Assembly: GCA_049298775.1 (NCBI GenBank)
Contig: JBAQWG010000030.1
Coordinates: 7,490 to 71,489 of the forward strand
DNA: 64,000 nucleotides
Direction of reading: 5' to 3'
Source of the DNA: Candidatus Saccharimonadales bacterium
Lineage (GTDB): Bacteria > Patescibacteriota > Saccharimonadia > Saccharimonadales > Saccharimonadaceae
Shown: positions 27,497-36,490 of the stretch, in pieces
Layout: each line of letters begins with the position of its first letter
Numbering within the stretch: the stretch's first letter is position 1
Program-made: the position numbers and the translations under genes
The notes under the pieces: model-generated
What the model was told of the DNA's origin: nothing
The model's database searches: none
Seen by the model: the letters and a program-made list of their open reading frames with translations, nothing else

Positions 27497-28294
27497 CTAT
27501 AGGCCCATGAGCGGTGCGACAAAAAATAAAAAGTACGCAAGACCATTTTTAATAACATGCACCAATACTCCCGCCCATATACTTCCCGTCAGACTTCGAA
27601 GACTACACAACACAAGACTAAGTACAAATACATCAATACCGACATTCAACTGACCATGAGCTAAACCAAATAGTAAACTCGTAGCAATCGCAGCCACAAT
27701 AGCCGGTACGTAATTCTTCAGCTTGCCATACAAATATCCTCTAAAAAGTAGTTCTTCGGCAAATGGCGCAACAACAACCAGCGTCAAAAATGCCAAAATA
27801 TTATCTGACTGCGAGCCGAACGCCTTAAATCCAATTTTTTGTGCTTGATCAAGTGGAAAGTAGGGCATCCATGAAGTAACAATAGCGAGTACCGTAGAGA
27901 TCATAAGAATATAAACGATAAATCCGACTGGAGCCAATCCAATATCCGTCCATGACGGCAATCGAGTAAGGCCTAGTTCAGTCCGATTAGTCATCTTGCT
28001 CTTGCTGTATGGCACACCAATAGCGATGGCAATCGTAATAATATATATGAATACCGCAACAACCGTTTGCTCAACCGCTGGAAGCAAAAAAGACTCAACT
28101 GGCATCTTCATCCATGACAAAATCGTCATAAGAGCCACTACGATGATATTACTTAGGATAAAGGCTACTGCCACCCATAACGGCAGTATCAGCAACATTC
28201 GCCAATTATGCGACCGTTTTGGCTTCTCGGCGTGGCGTCGTGTCGCTACTTTGCCGAGTCGTCGATGAATATTACTTAAAGAATTTGCCGACAT
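27497..28294 (-). CDS. CPBP family intramembrane glutamic endopeptidase (CAAX protease-like)
   Basis: Multi-TM; motif 1 EELLFRGYLY, motif 2 FGLAHG, later H in VLVHVIKN. Confidence 0.8.
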   Translation of the reverse strand: MSANSLSNIHRRLGKVATRRHAEKPKRSHNWRMLLILPLWVAVAFILSNIIVVALMTILSWMKMPVESFLLPAVEQTVVAVFIYIITIAIAIGVPYSKSKMTNRTELGLTRLPSWTDIGLAPVGFIVYILMISTVLAIVTSWMPYFPLDQAQKIGFKAFGSQSDNILAFLTLVVVAPFAEELLFRGYLYGKLKNYVPAIVAAIATSLLFGLAHGQLNVGIDVFVLSLVLCSLRSLTGSIWAGVLVHVIKNGLAYFLFFVAPLMGL

Positions 28295-29426
28295 CTGCGA
28301 TTGTCACCACCAGAACAAGTGCCATTAAGACCATGAAGCCAGCTGTTTGAATTTTCTCTTCACGCTCTTTGGTCAACTTCTTACGCGCTATACGAAATAC
28401 TGTCATCGTAAACCAGCGCCCACCATCAAGTGCCGGAATTGGTAAGACGTTCATAACTGCAAGTGCAATAGAAATAACAGCTATCAACATCATTAACTCC
28501 GTCAGACCTGCAGAGGATGCCGCTGGGAAAATTACCCCTAATATACCTATGGGTCCCGCAACATTATCGCCGGCCGCCGTCACTTCTGCACCGCCCGCTT
28601 TTCGAACGTTAGCGTCACTGCTAAATTGCGACACAGCACCAGTCGCTAGATTTCCAATAAGTTGCCCTATTCCTTTTAGAGTCTCCCAGCTCAATTGCCC
28701 AGCCACGCCGACACCTACTATTGGCGCCGACCATGTTGATTGGGTTTGACTTGGTTGTACTAGACCCGCACCAAATACCACATTGCCACTTTTTCGCAGA
28801 GTTACGTTTACTGACGACTCAACATTTCCTCGACTATAAATAACCTCGACAGTCTGACCTGCATATTTACGTGTTAAATTAATAAAATCTTCCGATGTTT
28901 TAACTTCTTGACCAGCAAACCGAACAATCTTATCGCGCACCTTCAAACCAGCTTTTTGCGCCGGATAATCTGCGCTAATGCCAGATAGTTGCACCGGTTG
29001 ATTGACAACTTTGGTATCGCCCTCAACCGTGAATTGATCCGGAATAGCCTGTGGTAATCCCGTAACAGCGAGGATAGTAAGTATGATAGCTGCCGTCAGC
29101 CAGTTAATAAATACACCCGCAAGCAAAATTTTGGTTTTCACCCAAAAACTCGATGCACCATAATCACCTTTTTTTGTTGACGCATCATACTCACCTTGCA
29201 ATTTAACGAAGCCTCCTAGTGGTAGCCAATTGACAGAAAAAAGAACATTTTTACCCAAAATACTCTGTTTGATTTTCTTGCCCCACGCTAGTGGCGGAAA
29301 CCCAACACCAAACTCCTCGACATTCACACCATTTCTTTTGGCGACAATACCGTGACCGAGCTCATGCACGACAACCAAAAATGTCAGTGCCAAAATACCA
29401 ATAATAATGCCGAAAACTAGTTCCAT
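28272..29426 (-). CDS. rseP: RIP metalloprotease RseP (M50 site-2 protease with PDZ)
   Basis: HELGHGIVAK (HExxH) in TM1, PDZ (GLKVRDKIVRFAG), C-terminal NVLPIPALDGG. Confidence 0.9.
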   Translation of the reverse strand: MELVFGIIIGILALTFLVVVHELGHGIVAKRNGVNVEEFGVGFPPLAWGKKIKQSILGKNVLFSVNWLPLGGFVKLQGEYDASTKKGDYGASSFWVKTKILLAGVFINWLTAAIILTILAVTGLPQAIPDQFTVEGDTKVVNQPVQLSGISADYPAQKAGLKVRDKIVRFAGQEVKTSEDFINLTRKYAGQTVEVIYSRGNVESSVNVTLRKSGNVVFGAGLVQPSQTQSTWSAPIVGVGVAGQLSWETLKGIGQLIGNLATGAVSQFSSDANVRKAGGAEVTAAGDNVAGPIGILGVIFPAASSAGLTELMMLIAVISIALAVMNVLPIPALDGGRWFTMTVFRIARKKLTKEREEKIQTAGFMVLMALVLVVTIADVGKFFK

Positions 29427-29454
29427 ATATATCCTTGTCTGTTTGTTATAATAA

Positions 29455-30009
29455 TCATACTTTCAAAATATCCTGTTCTTTTGCTTTGAACACACCATCA
29501 ATTTTTGCCTGATAATCAGCAACCAACTTATCAATTTCTTTTTCTACTGCCTTAACATCGTCTTCAGTGAGTGTCTTGGCGTCTTTTTGGCGACGAGCGT
29601 CTTGTAGTGCATCTTGGCGAGCAGCCCGGACACCAATGCGTGCTTCTTCTACTTTTTCACCAGCCTGTTTAACTAGTTGGCGACGTCGCTCCTCGGTTAG
29701 AGGTGGAATAGGTACACGAACAACTCGCCCGTCGTCCGCAGGGTTCATACCGAGCGAATGATCGTTACGAATTGCGGTCGAAATAGCCGCAATCATACTT
29801 GGGTCAAACGGCGTGATTTGTAGTAGCTGAGGCTCAGGAGCAGTAACATTGGCCGCCTGATTGAGCGGCATTAATGTGCCGTAAACTTCAACTTTAATGC
29901 CGTCAAGCATACTCGCTTGAGCTCGGCCGGTCTGGACTTTGCGCAGTTCTGCCTCGAAGTGCTCGAGTGCTCCTGCCATTTTTAATTCATAGGTATCGGT
30001 ATCAAACAT
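29455..30009 (-). CDS. frr: ribosome recycling factor
   Basis: 184 aa; ...GRA..S.LD.I.VE.YG...PL.Q.A....PE...L.I.P.D..... typical Frr pattern; LTEERRR.LVK. Confidence 0.93.
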   Translation of the reverse strand: MFDTDTYELKMAGALEHFEAELRKVQTGRAQASMLDGIKVEVYGTLMPLNQAANVTAPEPQLLQITPFDPSMIAAISTAIRNDHSLGMNPADDGRVVRVPIPPLTEERRRQLVKQAGEKVEEARIGVRAARQDALQDARRQKDAKTLTEDDVKAVEKEIDKLVADYQAKIDGVFKAKEQDILKV

Positions 30010-30076
30010 ATTCTTCTATCAATGATACCAAAAACTAGTCAGTTTTGATAAAAAGCGACGAAAATTTACACAAAGC

Positions 30077-30595
30077 CTATTGCTTGATAATTCGAGCCAT
30101 ATCCATTGGCACCGGATTTGTTGCACCAGATGACTTCATATGTCTGACTCTTGGATCTTTAGCTAGAGCATGTCCACTCTGAGCCGCCGGTACAAAGTAT
30201 CTCGGATCGGCGGGTGCTTCTAGCAACACTGCACCATACTTTAATGCCGCGCCGCCAAGATACCAATCTACACCCTTATTATTGCCTTCTTCGTACTCAT
30301 CATCTGTCACTTCAAGACCACCGCGTCCATGGATGAGACCGGTCTGCATGTAAGCCTCCAGTGCTTTTCGCCCGACTGCTCTATATACATGATCGGGTTT
30401 AAGCTCATAATCCTCTAGCGCGTCTACCGTCTCATCCCGCCCAGCTTTCATAGATTCTGATAACGAAAGTGACTCACCTCGTAGCTGTTTCTCTCTAATA
30501 GCTCGCAAGGTAGGATCTTCCGCTGGAGGCATTTGATCTATATGATACAACCCTGTTTCAGGATGAACACCGTTTGATAATTCTGGATTAGTCAT
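30077..30595 (-). CDS. hypothetical protein (ORFan, 172 aa)
   Basis: ORF only, no TM or signal. 7-nt gap to the upstream ORF. Confidence 0.5.
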   Translation of the reverse strand: MTNPELSNGVHPETGLYHIDQMPPAEDPTLRAIREKQLRGESLSLSESMKAGRDETVDALEDYELKPDHVYRAVGRKALEAYMQTGLIHGRGGLEVTDDEYEEGNNKGVDWYLGGAALKYGAVLLEAPADPRYFVPAAQSGHALAKDPRVRHMKSSGATNPVPMDMARIIKQ

Positions 30596-30602
30596 TAAAG
30601 CA

Positions 30603-31046
30603 TTAGTTCTGAGGTTTGATATCAGGGTTCACTTGAACCATCTCGATTTGGGTGCCTCCCGGGTTTACTACAGAATCTGGGATACTACTCACTTCATCAG
30701 CGCCAACACCCCGTCCACTGAATATGCCGGGCTCATGGCTGTTCGATGAACCATTTGCTATACGTATAGCTGTTGCATTTGGATCATTAATATCTATGAA
30801 ACCTGCTGGCGCATTACGCTCTGTGGTAACGGTCGATGTTGCAACTGTTGGCGCTTGATCGGGAGACTCTGGAGCGTCTTCACTCTCACCAGAGAGTAAC
30901 GCAGCACCAACTACCGCCAAAATACCTGCGCCGTACGTTGCTGCTTTCACTACCTTACTCGAATTCTCACGATCTACTCGCGCAACATAATCTGGGTCTT
31001 CTTTAGGTAGTTCAGGGTTTGGGATACGGTATTGTTCTTTACTCAT
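30603..31046 (-). CDS. hypothetical membrane-anchored protein (ORFan, 147 aa)
   Basis: One TM (AATYGAGILAVVGAALL) followed by a low-complexity S/T/P/D-rich ectodomain. Confidence 0.5.
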   Translation of the reverse strand: MSKEQYRIPNPELPKEDPDYVARVDRENSSKVVKAATYGAGILAVVGAALLSGESEDAPESPDQAPTVATSTVTTERNAPAGFIDINDPNATAIRIANGSSNSHEPGIFSGRGVGADEVSSIPDSVVNPGGTQIEMVQVNPDIKPQN

Positions 31047-31088
31047 TTTTCGGTTAACTTTTTTGTTTTTACGTTTGATTATGTATAT

Positions 31089-31117
31089 ATTCTATCATAC
31101 GTATTATTATTTGTCAA
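31089..31117 (-). promoter_or_regulatory. near-consensus promoter TTGACA-17-TAGAAT for the 147/172-aa ORFan pair
   Basis: Complement: TTGACA (31112-31117), 17 nt, TAGAAT (31089-31094). ATG 31046 lies about 42 nt downstream. Confidence 0.6.
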
Positions 31118-31307
31118 TACATCCGCCCGGAATTCCACCTCGAAGTGCAACATAACCACTAAAAAGTATCTCTGCACTTAGTATGCTTATACTTACGACT
31201 AAACACACTATGTAAAAAAGTCTGACATGTTCATACATGAGAGAACCGCTACACTGATTCTAATGTAGTGGTTTTAAATTATAACGCTTAAACGTCCGAA
31301 CGGGATA

Positions 31308-31904
31308 CTATTCGTTGACGCCAAGTTCAATACGTCGGAATTGTGAGATACGAATATTTTCACCGCTCAATGCGATCTGCTCCTTGATACGCTCGCCGAC
31401 AGTCTTAGTGTCGTCGAGTACAAATGCCTGCTCGCTAAGAACTTGTTCGGCAAAGTGCTTTTTGAGCTGACCTTCGACAATCTTTTCAGCCATTTCAGCC
31501 GGCTTGCTCTTCAAGGCATCACTCTCAAGTAATTCCTTCTTCTTTGCTTCATATTCCTCTGCTGGAATGTCATCCGTCGTTGCATATTTTGGCGACATAG
31601 CCGCAATTTGCATTGCAATCTGGTGTGCAAATTCTTTAAATTCTGGAAGACGAGCCACAAAATCAGTCTCACAGTTTACTTCAACAATAACGCCGATACG
31701 ATCACTATGGACATAGCTTTCAATGATTCCTTCACGGGTTTCACGATCACCTTTTTTATCAGCTTTTGTCAAACCTTTTTTACGAAGTTCTGAAAGTGCT
31801 TTATCAAAATCACCATCCGCTTCAACTAACGCTTTTTTTGCATCAGTCAAACCGATACCACTCAGTTCCTTTAGTTTCTTGATATCTTCAACTGTAATTG
31901 CCAT
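31308..31904 (-). CDS. tsf: elongation factor Ts (short form)
   Basis: UBA-like N-terminus VKKLKELSGIGLTDAKKALVEADGDFDKALSELRKKG, then ...NCETDFVA...; 198 aa. Confidence 0.93.
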   Translation of the reverse strand: MAITVEDIKKLKELSGIGLTDAKKALVEADGDFDKALSELRKKGLTKADKKGDRETREGIIESYVHSDRIGVIVEVNCETDFVARLPEFKEFAHQIAMQIAAMSPKYATTDDIPAEEYEAKKKELLESDALKSKPAEMAEKIVEGQLKKHFAEQVLSEQAFVLDDTKTVGERIKEQIALSGENIRISQFRRIELGVNE

Positions 31905-31913
31905 AATCTCCCC

Positions 31914-32609
31914 CTATTGCTCCTTTTGCTTACCTTCTTCGACTGCTTGGCCAAAATAATCAAGTAGTAATTGCGTACCCTTAATTGCATCGTCGTTACC
32001 AGGTATAACATAGTCAATGAGAGTTGGATCGACATTAGTATCAGCCACACCAACAACTGGTATACCCAAAACTTTCGCTTCTTTTACGGCATTTTCGTCT
32101 ACCAGTATATCAACCACGACAAGCGCGCCTGGACGACCGTTCATATTCTTAATACCACTGTACTTAAGGTTAAGTTCCTCAATTTCTTCTGCAAAACGCT
32201 GAACCTCGAGCTTGCTATAACGCTTCTCAAGATCACCACTTTCCATTCGCTTTTCAAGGTCTTTAAGCTTTTTAACTTGCTGATTAACTGTTGCTACGTT
32301 TGTCAGCATACCGCCGATCCAACGCTCAGTCACGTACAGTTGGCCTGTTTTCTCAGCAGTTGCTTTAACTGCATCTTTCGCCTGTTTCTTAGTGCCAACA
32401 AACAAAATTTGCTTGCCACTTGCTGCAACGTTTGTCAAAAATGGTAGCGCTTTATTTAGGCCTTCGACAGTCTTTGTCAAATCAATGATGTGACTATCCT
32501 GACGTTTGCTATGAATGTATGGCGCCATCTTAGGGTGCCAACGGCTCGTTTTGTGTCCGAAATGAACACCAGCTTCGAGCAGCTGCTTAATATCGACTTC
32601 TACAGCCAT
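31914..32609 (-). CDS. rpsB: 30S ribosomal protein S2
   Basis: LLEAGVHFGH.TSRW.PKM..YI, ...FVGTKKQA..., ...PVVGVADTN.DP..IDY.IPGNDDA. Confidence 0.96.
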   Translation of the reverse strand: MAVEVDIKQLLEAGVHFGHKTSRWHPKMAPYIHSKRQDSHIIDLTKTVEGLNKALPFLTNVAASGKQILFVGTKKQAKDAVKATAEKTGQLYVTERWIGGMLTNVATVNQQVKKLKDLEKRMESGDLEKRYSKLEVQRFAEEIEELNLKYSGIKNMNGRPGALVVVDILVDENAVKEAKVLGIPVVGVADTNVDPTLIDYVIPGNDDAIKGTQLLLDYFGQAVEEGKQKEQ

Positions 32610-32702
32610 ATTAGTTACTCCTTTTTCCTCACCGTTTACCCCAAAATCATCAATATATCAGGAGTGGATAAACGATTGTGTCATTAAAATTGTTACTGAC
32701 GT

Positions 32703-32731
32703 AGTGTAACAGAGGTGATTCAATAAGTCAA
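32703..32731 (-). promoter_or_regulatory. rpsB-tsf promoter TTGACT-17-TACACT (with TGn extension), about 87-nt leader
   Basis: Complement: TTGACT (32726-32731), 17 nt ending TGT, TACACT (32703-32708). AAGGAG lies before ATG 32609. Confidence 0.55.
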
Positions 32732-32799
32732 CAGATGTCATTCATATTTGCGTATGTACTATTTTGTCTTTGAAAAAATATTTTAATACGACAAATCTG

Positions 32800-33198
32800 C
32801 TATTTATCATCCATAAATGTTGCTTGCATAAGCACAATACGTAGAGCTTGTGCTACCTGTACGGCTTCAAGATCTGGTGTGTTCAACACTCGCCTTCCAC
32901 CGTCTTCTTCTATAAATAACTCACCCCCCTCGTAGCCAAGTTGGCTCTCTTTTTCATCTGGCCGAGTTGGCGCAAATACCGCTACCATATGCCCTTGATT
33001 CTCTGACGACAATAGTGCTTCGCGTGTGACAACTCCAGGAATATCAACCTTTAGCTGAACAAGTTGTTCGTCATGAGCCAAGCCTGTGACACTCCGCAGA
33101 TATGCAAGATCGACAGGGATGCGATTTTTATACATTTCAAGACTTGCTTCATAGTCGTTGTCGATTTGATTATAAATAAATTCGATAAACTCATTCAT
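32800..33198 (-). CDS. hypothetical small acidic protein (ORFan, 132 aa)
   Basis: ORF only. It starts 10 nt after the stop of the 750-aa ORF, so is likely co-transcribed. Confidence 0.5.
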   Translation of the reverse strand: MNEFIEFIYNQIDNDYEASLEMYKNRIPVDLAYLRSVTGLAHDEQLVQLKVDIPGVVTREALLSSENQGHMVAVFAPTRPDEKESQLGYEGGELFIEEDGGRRVLNTPDLEAVQVAQALRIVLMQATFMDDK

Positions 33199-33208
33199 AT
33201 TATTATTC

Positions 33209-35461
33209 CTATACCGCTATTCTCGGAAAAGTGTTCATATTATTACTATATACTTTATTAACTTTGGTTCGCTTTATTCGCAGGGCTCCATTTCGACGTT
33301 TATCGAGGCGCCTTCCGTCGATAGTGACCATATTACCTACTCCAAGCTTTTCTCTTAATCGCGTGACGAAGCCATTTCTATTCTTTATAGATATCTTTTG
33401 TCCAATCTGCTCTGTAGCCACTTTACTATTACTATCTTTCATCCCCAGAAATGAGATGTCACCATCTTTATCCTGAAAATACATCGTATCGCTCGCACCA
33501 TAAACATCAACGTCATCACGTCCCACTGTACGCGCAACCGTTTCGGCAGTTGATGGTACGCCAGCGTTAAATTCAACGTCACTACTGCAAGAATTTATAA
33601 TAATTCGCCTTCGTCCTGTTACATCAAGGCCATCATCAATGCCTTTGCTAACTTGCATGAATTCATCACCAGCAATCCTGTCTAGTCTCGCGTCAGCTAG
33701 ATTAAAGCTTCGTCTATCATTATAGACCGAGCTCACCATTTCACTTGAAACTACCCCGAAATCGCCACCGGTCTTGTTACCAAAATCTGTGCCTCCAGGC
33801 CGTCCATGAGCTGAAACAGCGAGCGTACTTGGTTTTATGCCAAGTTTTTTTAACATAATCATCCTGCGGTACAGGTCACTTGGCGAAGAAATCTCAAACA
33901 TAAGTGTCTTTCCATTGTCCCTTCGATACGCATCAAAAGTTTGGCTCAGGGCACCGTTGTGATCGCCATATGCATCTGCAAATGCAACTGTAACGTCACC
34001 ATTTTGAAGTTGTTTGATATATTCTTGGTTTCCATCAAGAAGTTTGACTAGGCTTTGGAGATCTTCCGGAGCATAATTATCGATATTCACGAGCCCAAGT
34101 TGCTCGTGAAGGCGGACGATAGTATCAGGACCAACAGCATTCACCGATTCCTTTACACGACTTAACCTCTCCGCTAACATTTCGCCATTTATATATCCTA
34201 ACTCTCGCATATGGCTCGGAGGAGACAGGAGGCGACCGTATATAGCCACGCCATATTTTTGCACGAATGAATGTGGTAATTTTAATTTGTTTTCTAGGAT
34301 GTCTTTTGATTGCTCAATCATACTGTGGTCGTGTTTAGCCAAAGATTCAGTGTCTTTGAGGTTTTCTGGCATGGGTTCGATAAGCCCGATAGCTAGGTCA
34401 ACTTTGAAGTCTGAATTGCGCAGTTTATCGACTAGTGGGTCAACTCCATCGGCAACATTTGCTAGCTCTTTGCGTGATCCATACGTTTTGAGTAGCAATT
34501 CGGCAACGTCGGGAAATGTTTTATCAGTTAGCTCAGTTGATTCCAATACCGAATTAATTGATTCTTTAGAACGAGGATTGTTGCTATCGTAGAGCCTCTT
34601 GAATGATTCCGCCGGCATGACACTATTCAGAGTTTGCAATGCAGTAGAGTAATTGTAATCTTGCTTGGTGTCATTGTATAGTTTTTCTTTTGTATCAAAA
34701 ACTTTTAATCCTTCCATGAGAACATCCAAATCTCTAGTCGGCACGTCATCCCAATCAACATCACGGCAATCATTTACAAATTTACTGAGACTATGCATAT
34801 AGCCTGTCGTAGTTGGGTCGTCCATATTTTCAGTTTTAGCAAGTGCGTCTAGTGCGGCTTGCATACTAGGATCAGTAACAATAAATCTTTCTCTATTTTC
34901 TTTAGTTTGTGATTCTAATTCCCGTGCGAGCACCTCACCAACCGAGTGTCCAGTATTTGGCAGGTGCGCATCTATAGCGATAAAGTTAGAAATTGAATCT
35001 GTTACAACCTGTGAATTGCCTTCATTTTCAAGTGTAAAAACTGGATTTTCATCCGATGAAACACGCTGTCCGTCCGCTTCGAGCGCACCCGCAACAAACG
35101 GTGCAAGTGCAATGCGCTCGTTAGTCGATTCACCAGTTTTTATACTTTCTTCTAGTTCACGTATCAGCAAATAATCTGTCGCGCCAACCGCATCTGGAGA
35201 GTTGGGACCAGCTCCGATTTCTATCGCGACATCTCGTTGCATGGCTTCGATAGCTTCTGCTGTCTCGGCAGTGTACGTGTCTCCGTTTTCTATCTTGTCA
35301 CTTTCATCACCATTTTTTTTGCTCAAATACGCATCAATATATGGCAACATCAGTCCGTAAGCTTCGGGTTGCTCTTCTACATCCCTCCTCAGACCCTGAT
35401 CAGTCACCTCACCTTTTTGATGAGGATATTCATACTTTTGAGATGAAGGATTTTCTATCAT
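33209..35461 (-). CDS. large hypothetical protein with C-terminal caspase/CHAT/DUF4347-like His...Cys motif layout
   Basis: 750 aa, no signal or TM. C-terminal region TLAVSAHGRPGGTDFG (His codon 33806-33808) ... RRRIIINSCSSD (Cys codon 33587-33589) ... VDVYGASDTMYF: each is a hydrophobic strand followed by HG or SC, as in clan CD peptidases. Confidence 0.55.
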   Translation of the reverse strand: MIENPSSQKYEYPHQKGEVTDQGLRRDVEEQPEAYGLMLPYIDAYLSKKNGDESDKIENGDTYTAETAEAIEAMQRDVAIEIGAGPNSPDAVGATDYLLIRELEESIKTGESTNERIALAPFVAGALEADGQRVSSDENPVFTLENEGNSQVVTDSISNFIAIDAHLPNTGHSVGEVLARELESQTKENRERFIVTDPSMQAALDALAKTENMDDPTTTGYMHSLSKFVNDCRDVDWDDVPTRDLDVLMEGLKVFDTKEKLYNDTKQDYNYSTALQTLNSVMPAESFKRLYDSNNPRSKESINSVLESTELTDKTFPDVAELLLKTYGSRKELANVADGVDPLVDKLRNSDFKVDLAIGLIEPMPENLKDTESLAKHDHSMIEQSKDILENKLKLPHSFVQKYGVAIYGRLLSPPSHMRELGYINGEMLAERLSRVKESVNAVGPDTIVRLHEQLGLVNIDNYAPEDLQSLVKLLDGNQEYIKQLQNGDVTVAFADAYGDHNGALSQTFDAYRRDNGKTLMFEISSPSDLYRRMIMLKKLGIKPSTLAVSAHGRPGGTDFGNKTGGDFGVVSSEMVSSVYNDRRSFNLADARLDRIAGDEFMQVSKGIDDGLDVTGRRRIIINSCSSDVEFNAGVPSTAETVARTVGRDDVDVYGASDTMYFQDKDGDISFLGMKDSNSKVATEQIGQKISIKNRNGFVTRLREKLGVGNMVTIDGRRLDKRRNGALRIKRTKVNKVYSNNMNTFPRIAV

Positions 35462-35540
35462 ATTTATGTTTACTTATTTTCATTATTATATAACCTACTA
35501 ATCCCCTGTACAATAGGCAGTTGGTCACATATACCGTTAG

Positions 35541-35549
35541 TGCTATACT
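35541..35549 (+). promoter_or_regulatory. extended -10 (TGCTATACT) 9 nt upstream of ATG 35559
   Basis: TGCTATACTggtcacattATG; no SD. Confidence 0.45.
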
Positions 35550-35558
35550 GGTCACATT

Positions 35559-36047
35559 ATGAAAAACACCTTTCGTTCTATAGCAAACAAAATATCTATA
35601 TGGACCGGCAGCGCCTCAACGTTCCTTGGTGCCATATTAATTGTCGTCTTATGGGCATTCACTGGTCCCATATTCGGCTACTCCGACACCTGGCAACTAG
35701 TTATTAATACTGGGACAACAATCATTACCTTCCTGATGGTTTTCCTTATCCAAAACACTCAAAATCGTGACGGTAAAGCTGTCCAGCTCAAACTTGATGA
35801 ACTGATTCGTGCAACCAAGGGTGCGCGAACAACCTATGTTGGCCTAGAAGACCTCAGTGATAGTGATATCGCAGAGCTTGAAAAAGAGTTCAAACTCTTG
35901 GTGCAAAACCCAGGGACGGTTCGCGCACTTAATAAACTTCATGCCAAAATTGAAGCGGAAAATGCCCGTCGTACAGGAATCCGTGAAGCAACATCACAAA
36001 TGCTTCATCATACACATGTTGTCGAAGAACCTGTTGTCAAGAAATGA
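35559..36047 (+). CDS. low-affinity iron permease family membrane protein (PF04120-like)
   Basis: GSASTFLGAILIVVLWAFTGPIFGYSDTWQLVINTGTTIITFLMVFLIQNTQNRD..A.QLKLDELIRA matches my memory of this family. Confidence 0.7.
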   Translation: MKNTFRSIANKISIWTGSASTFLGAILIVVLWAFTGPIFGYSDTWQLVINTGTTIITFLMVFLIQNTQNRDGKAVQLKLDELIRATKGARTTYVGLEDLSDSDIAELEKEFKLLVQNPGTVRALNKLHAKIEAENARRTGIREATSQMLHHTHVVEEPVVKK

Positions 36048-36063
36048 TTATTATTTTTACCCT

Positions 36064-36092
36064 TTGACATTTACCCTATAAAGCGTTACAAT
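36064..36092 (+). promoter_or_regulatory. consensus promoter TTGACA-17-TACAAT ending 9 nt before rpmE ATG (leaderless)
   Basis: TTGACA 36064-36069, 17 nt, TACAAT 36087-36092, gtttcagat, ATG 36102; no SD. Confidence 0.7.
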
Positions 36093-36101
36093 GTTTCAGA
36101 T

Positions 36102-36428
36102 ATGAAGACTAACTTACACCCAACGAGCTATCGCCCTGTCGTATTTTCAGACGACCAGGCTAAGTTCGCTTTCCTCACTCAATCGACCGCAGCAAGCGAC
36201 GATACGATTAAATGGGAAGACGGCAACGAATACCCACTAATAAAAGTACACATCAGTAGTGCATCACACCCATTCTTCACCGGTGAAGAAAAAATCATCG
36301 ATACTGAAGGTCGTGTTGATCGCTTCAAGGCTCGTGCCGCTGCAGCAGAAGCACGCAGGGAACAACTTGCAAATAAAGCAAAAAAAGCCAAAGCCGCTGC
36401 AACCAAGAAAGTTTCTAGCGAAGAATAG
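36102..36428 (+). CDS. rpmE: 50S ribosomal protein L31, type B (no CxxC zinc motif), with K/A-rich C-terminal extension
   Basis: MKTNLHP.SYRPVVF.D......LT.ST......[23 protein letters not shown]......TEGRVDRF; no cysteines. Confidence 0.88.
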   Translation: MKTNLHPTSYRPVVFSDDQAKFAFLTQSTAASDDTIKWEDGNEYPLIKVHISSASHPFFTGEEKIIDTEGRVDRFKARAAAAEARREQLANKAKKAKAAATKKVSSEE

Positions 36429-36437
36429 CCATATATT

Positions 36438-36472
36438 AAAAAGAGACCGCCGCTATGGAGGTCTCTTTTTTT
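36438..36472 (+). terminator. intrinsic terminator of rpmE
   Basis: AAAAAGAGACC (36438-36448) pairs with GGTCTCTTTTT (36460-36470); the T-run continues to 36472. Confidence 0.75.
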
Positions 36473-36480
36473 GTTACAAT
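36472..36480 (+). promoter_or_regulatory. extended -10 (TGTTACAAT) abutting the rpmE terminator, 10 nt before ATG 36491
   Basis: tttTGTTACAATgaaagtacgtATG. Confidence 0.35.
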
Positions 36481-36490
36481 GAAAGTACGT

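Noticed and set aside
31971-32447. A 158-aa plus-strand ORF, and similar ORFs at 3135-3380, 28369-28749, 36179-36520, 47114-47491, 49756-50148, 51964-52311, 52239-52637, 52357-52779 and 57418-57759
   Set aside because: Each lies entirely antisense to, or out of frame within, a gene with strong family motifs (rpsB, ctp, rseP, rpmE/prfA region, surface protein, zincin, ileS, ftsA). Their compositions are low-complexity and they lack start-site signals. I treat them as shadow ORFs.
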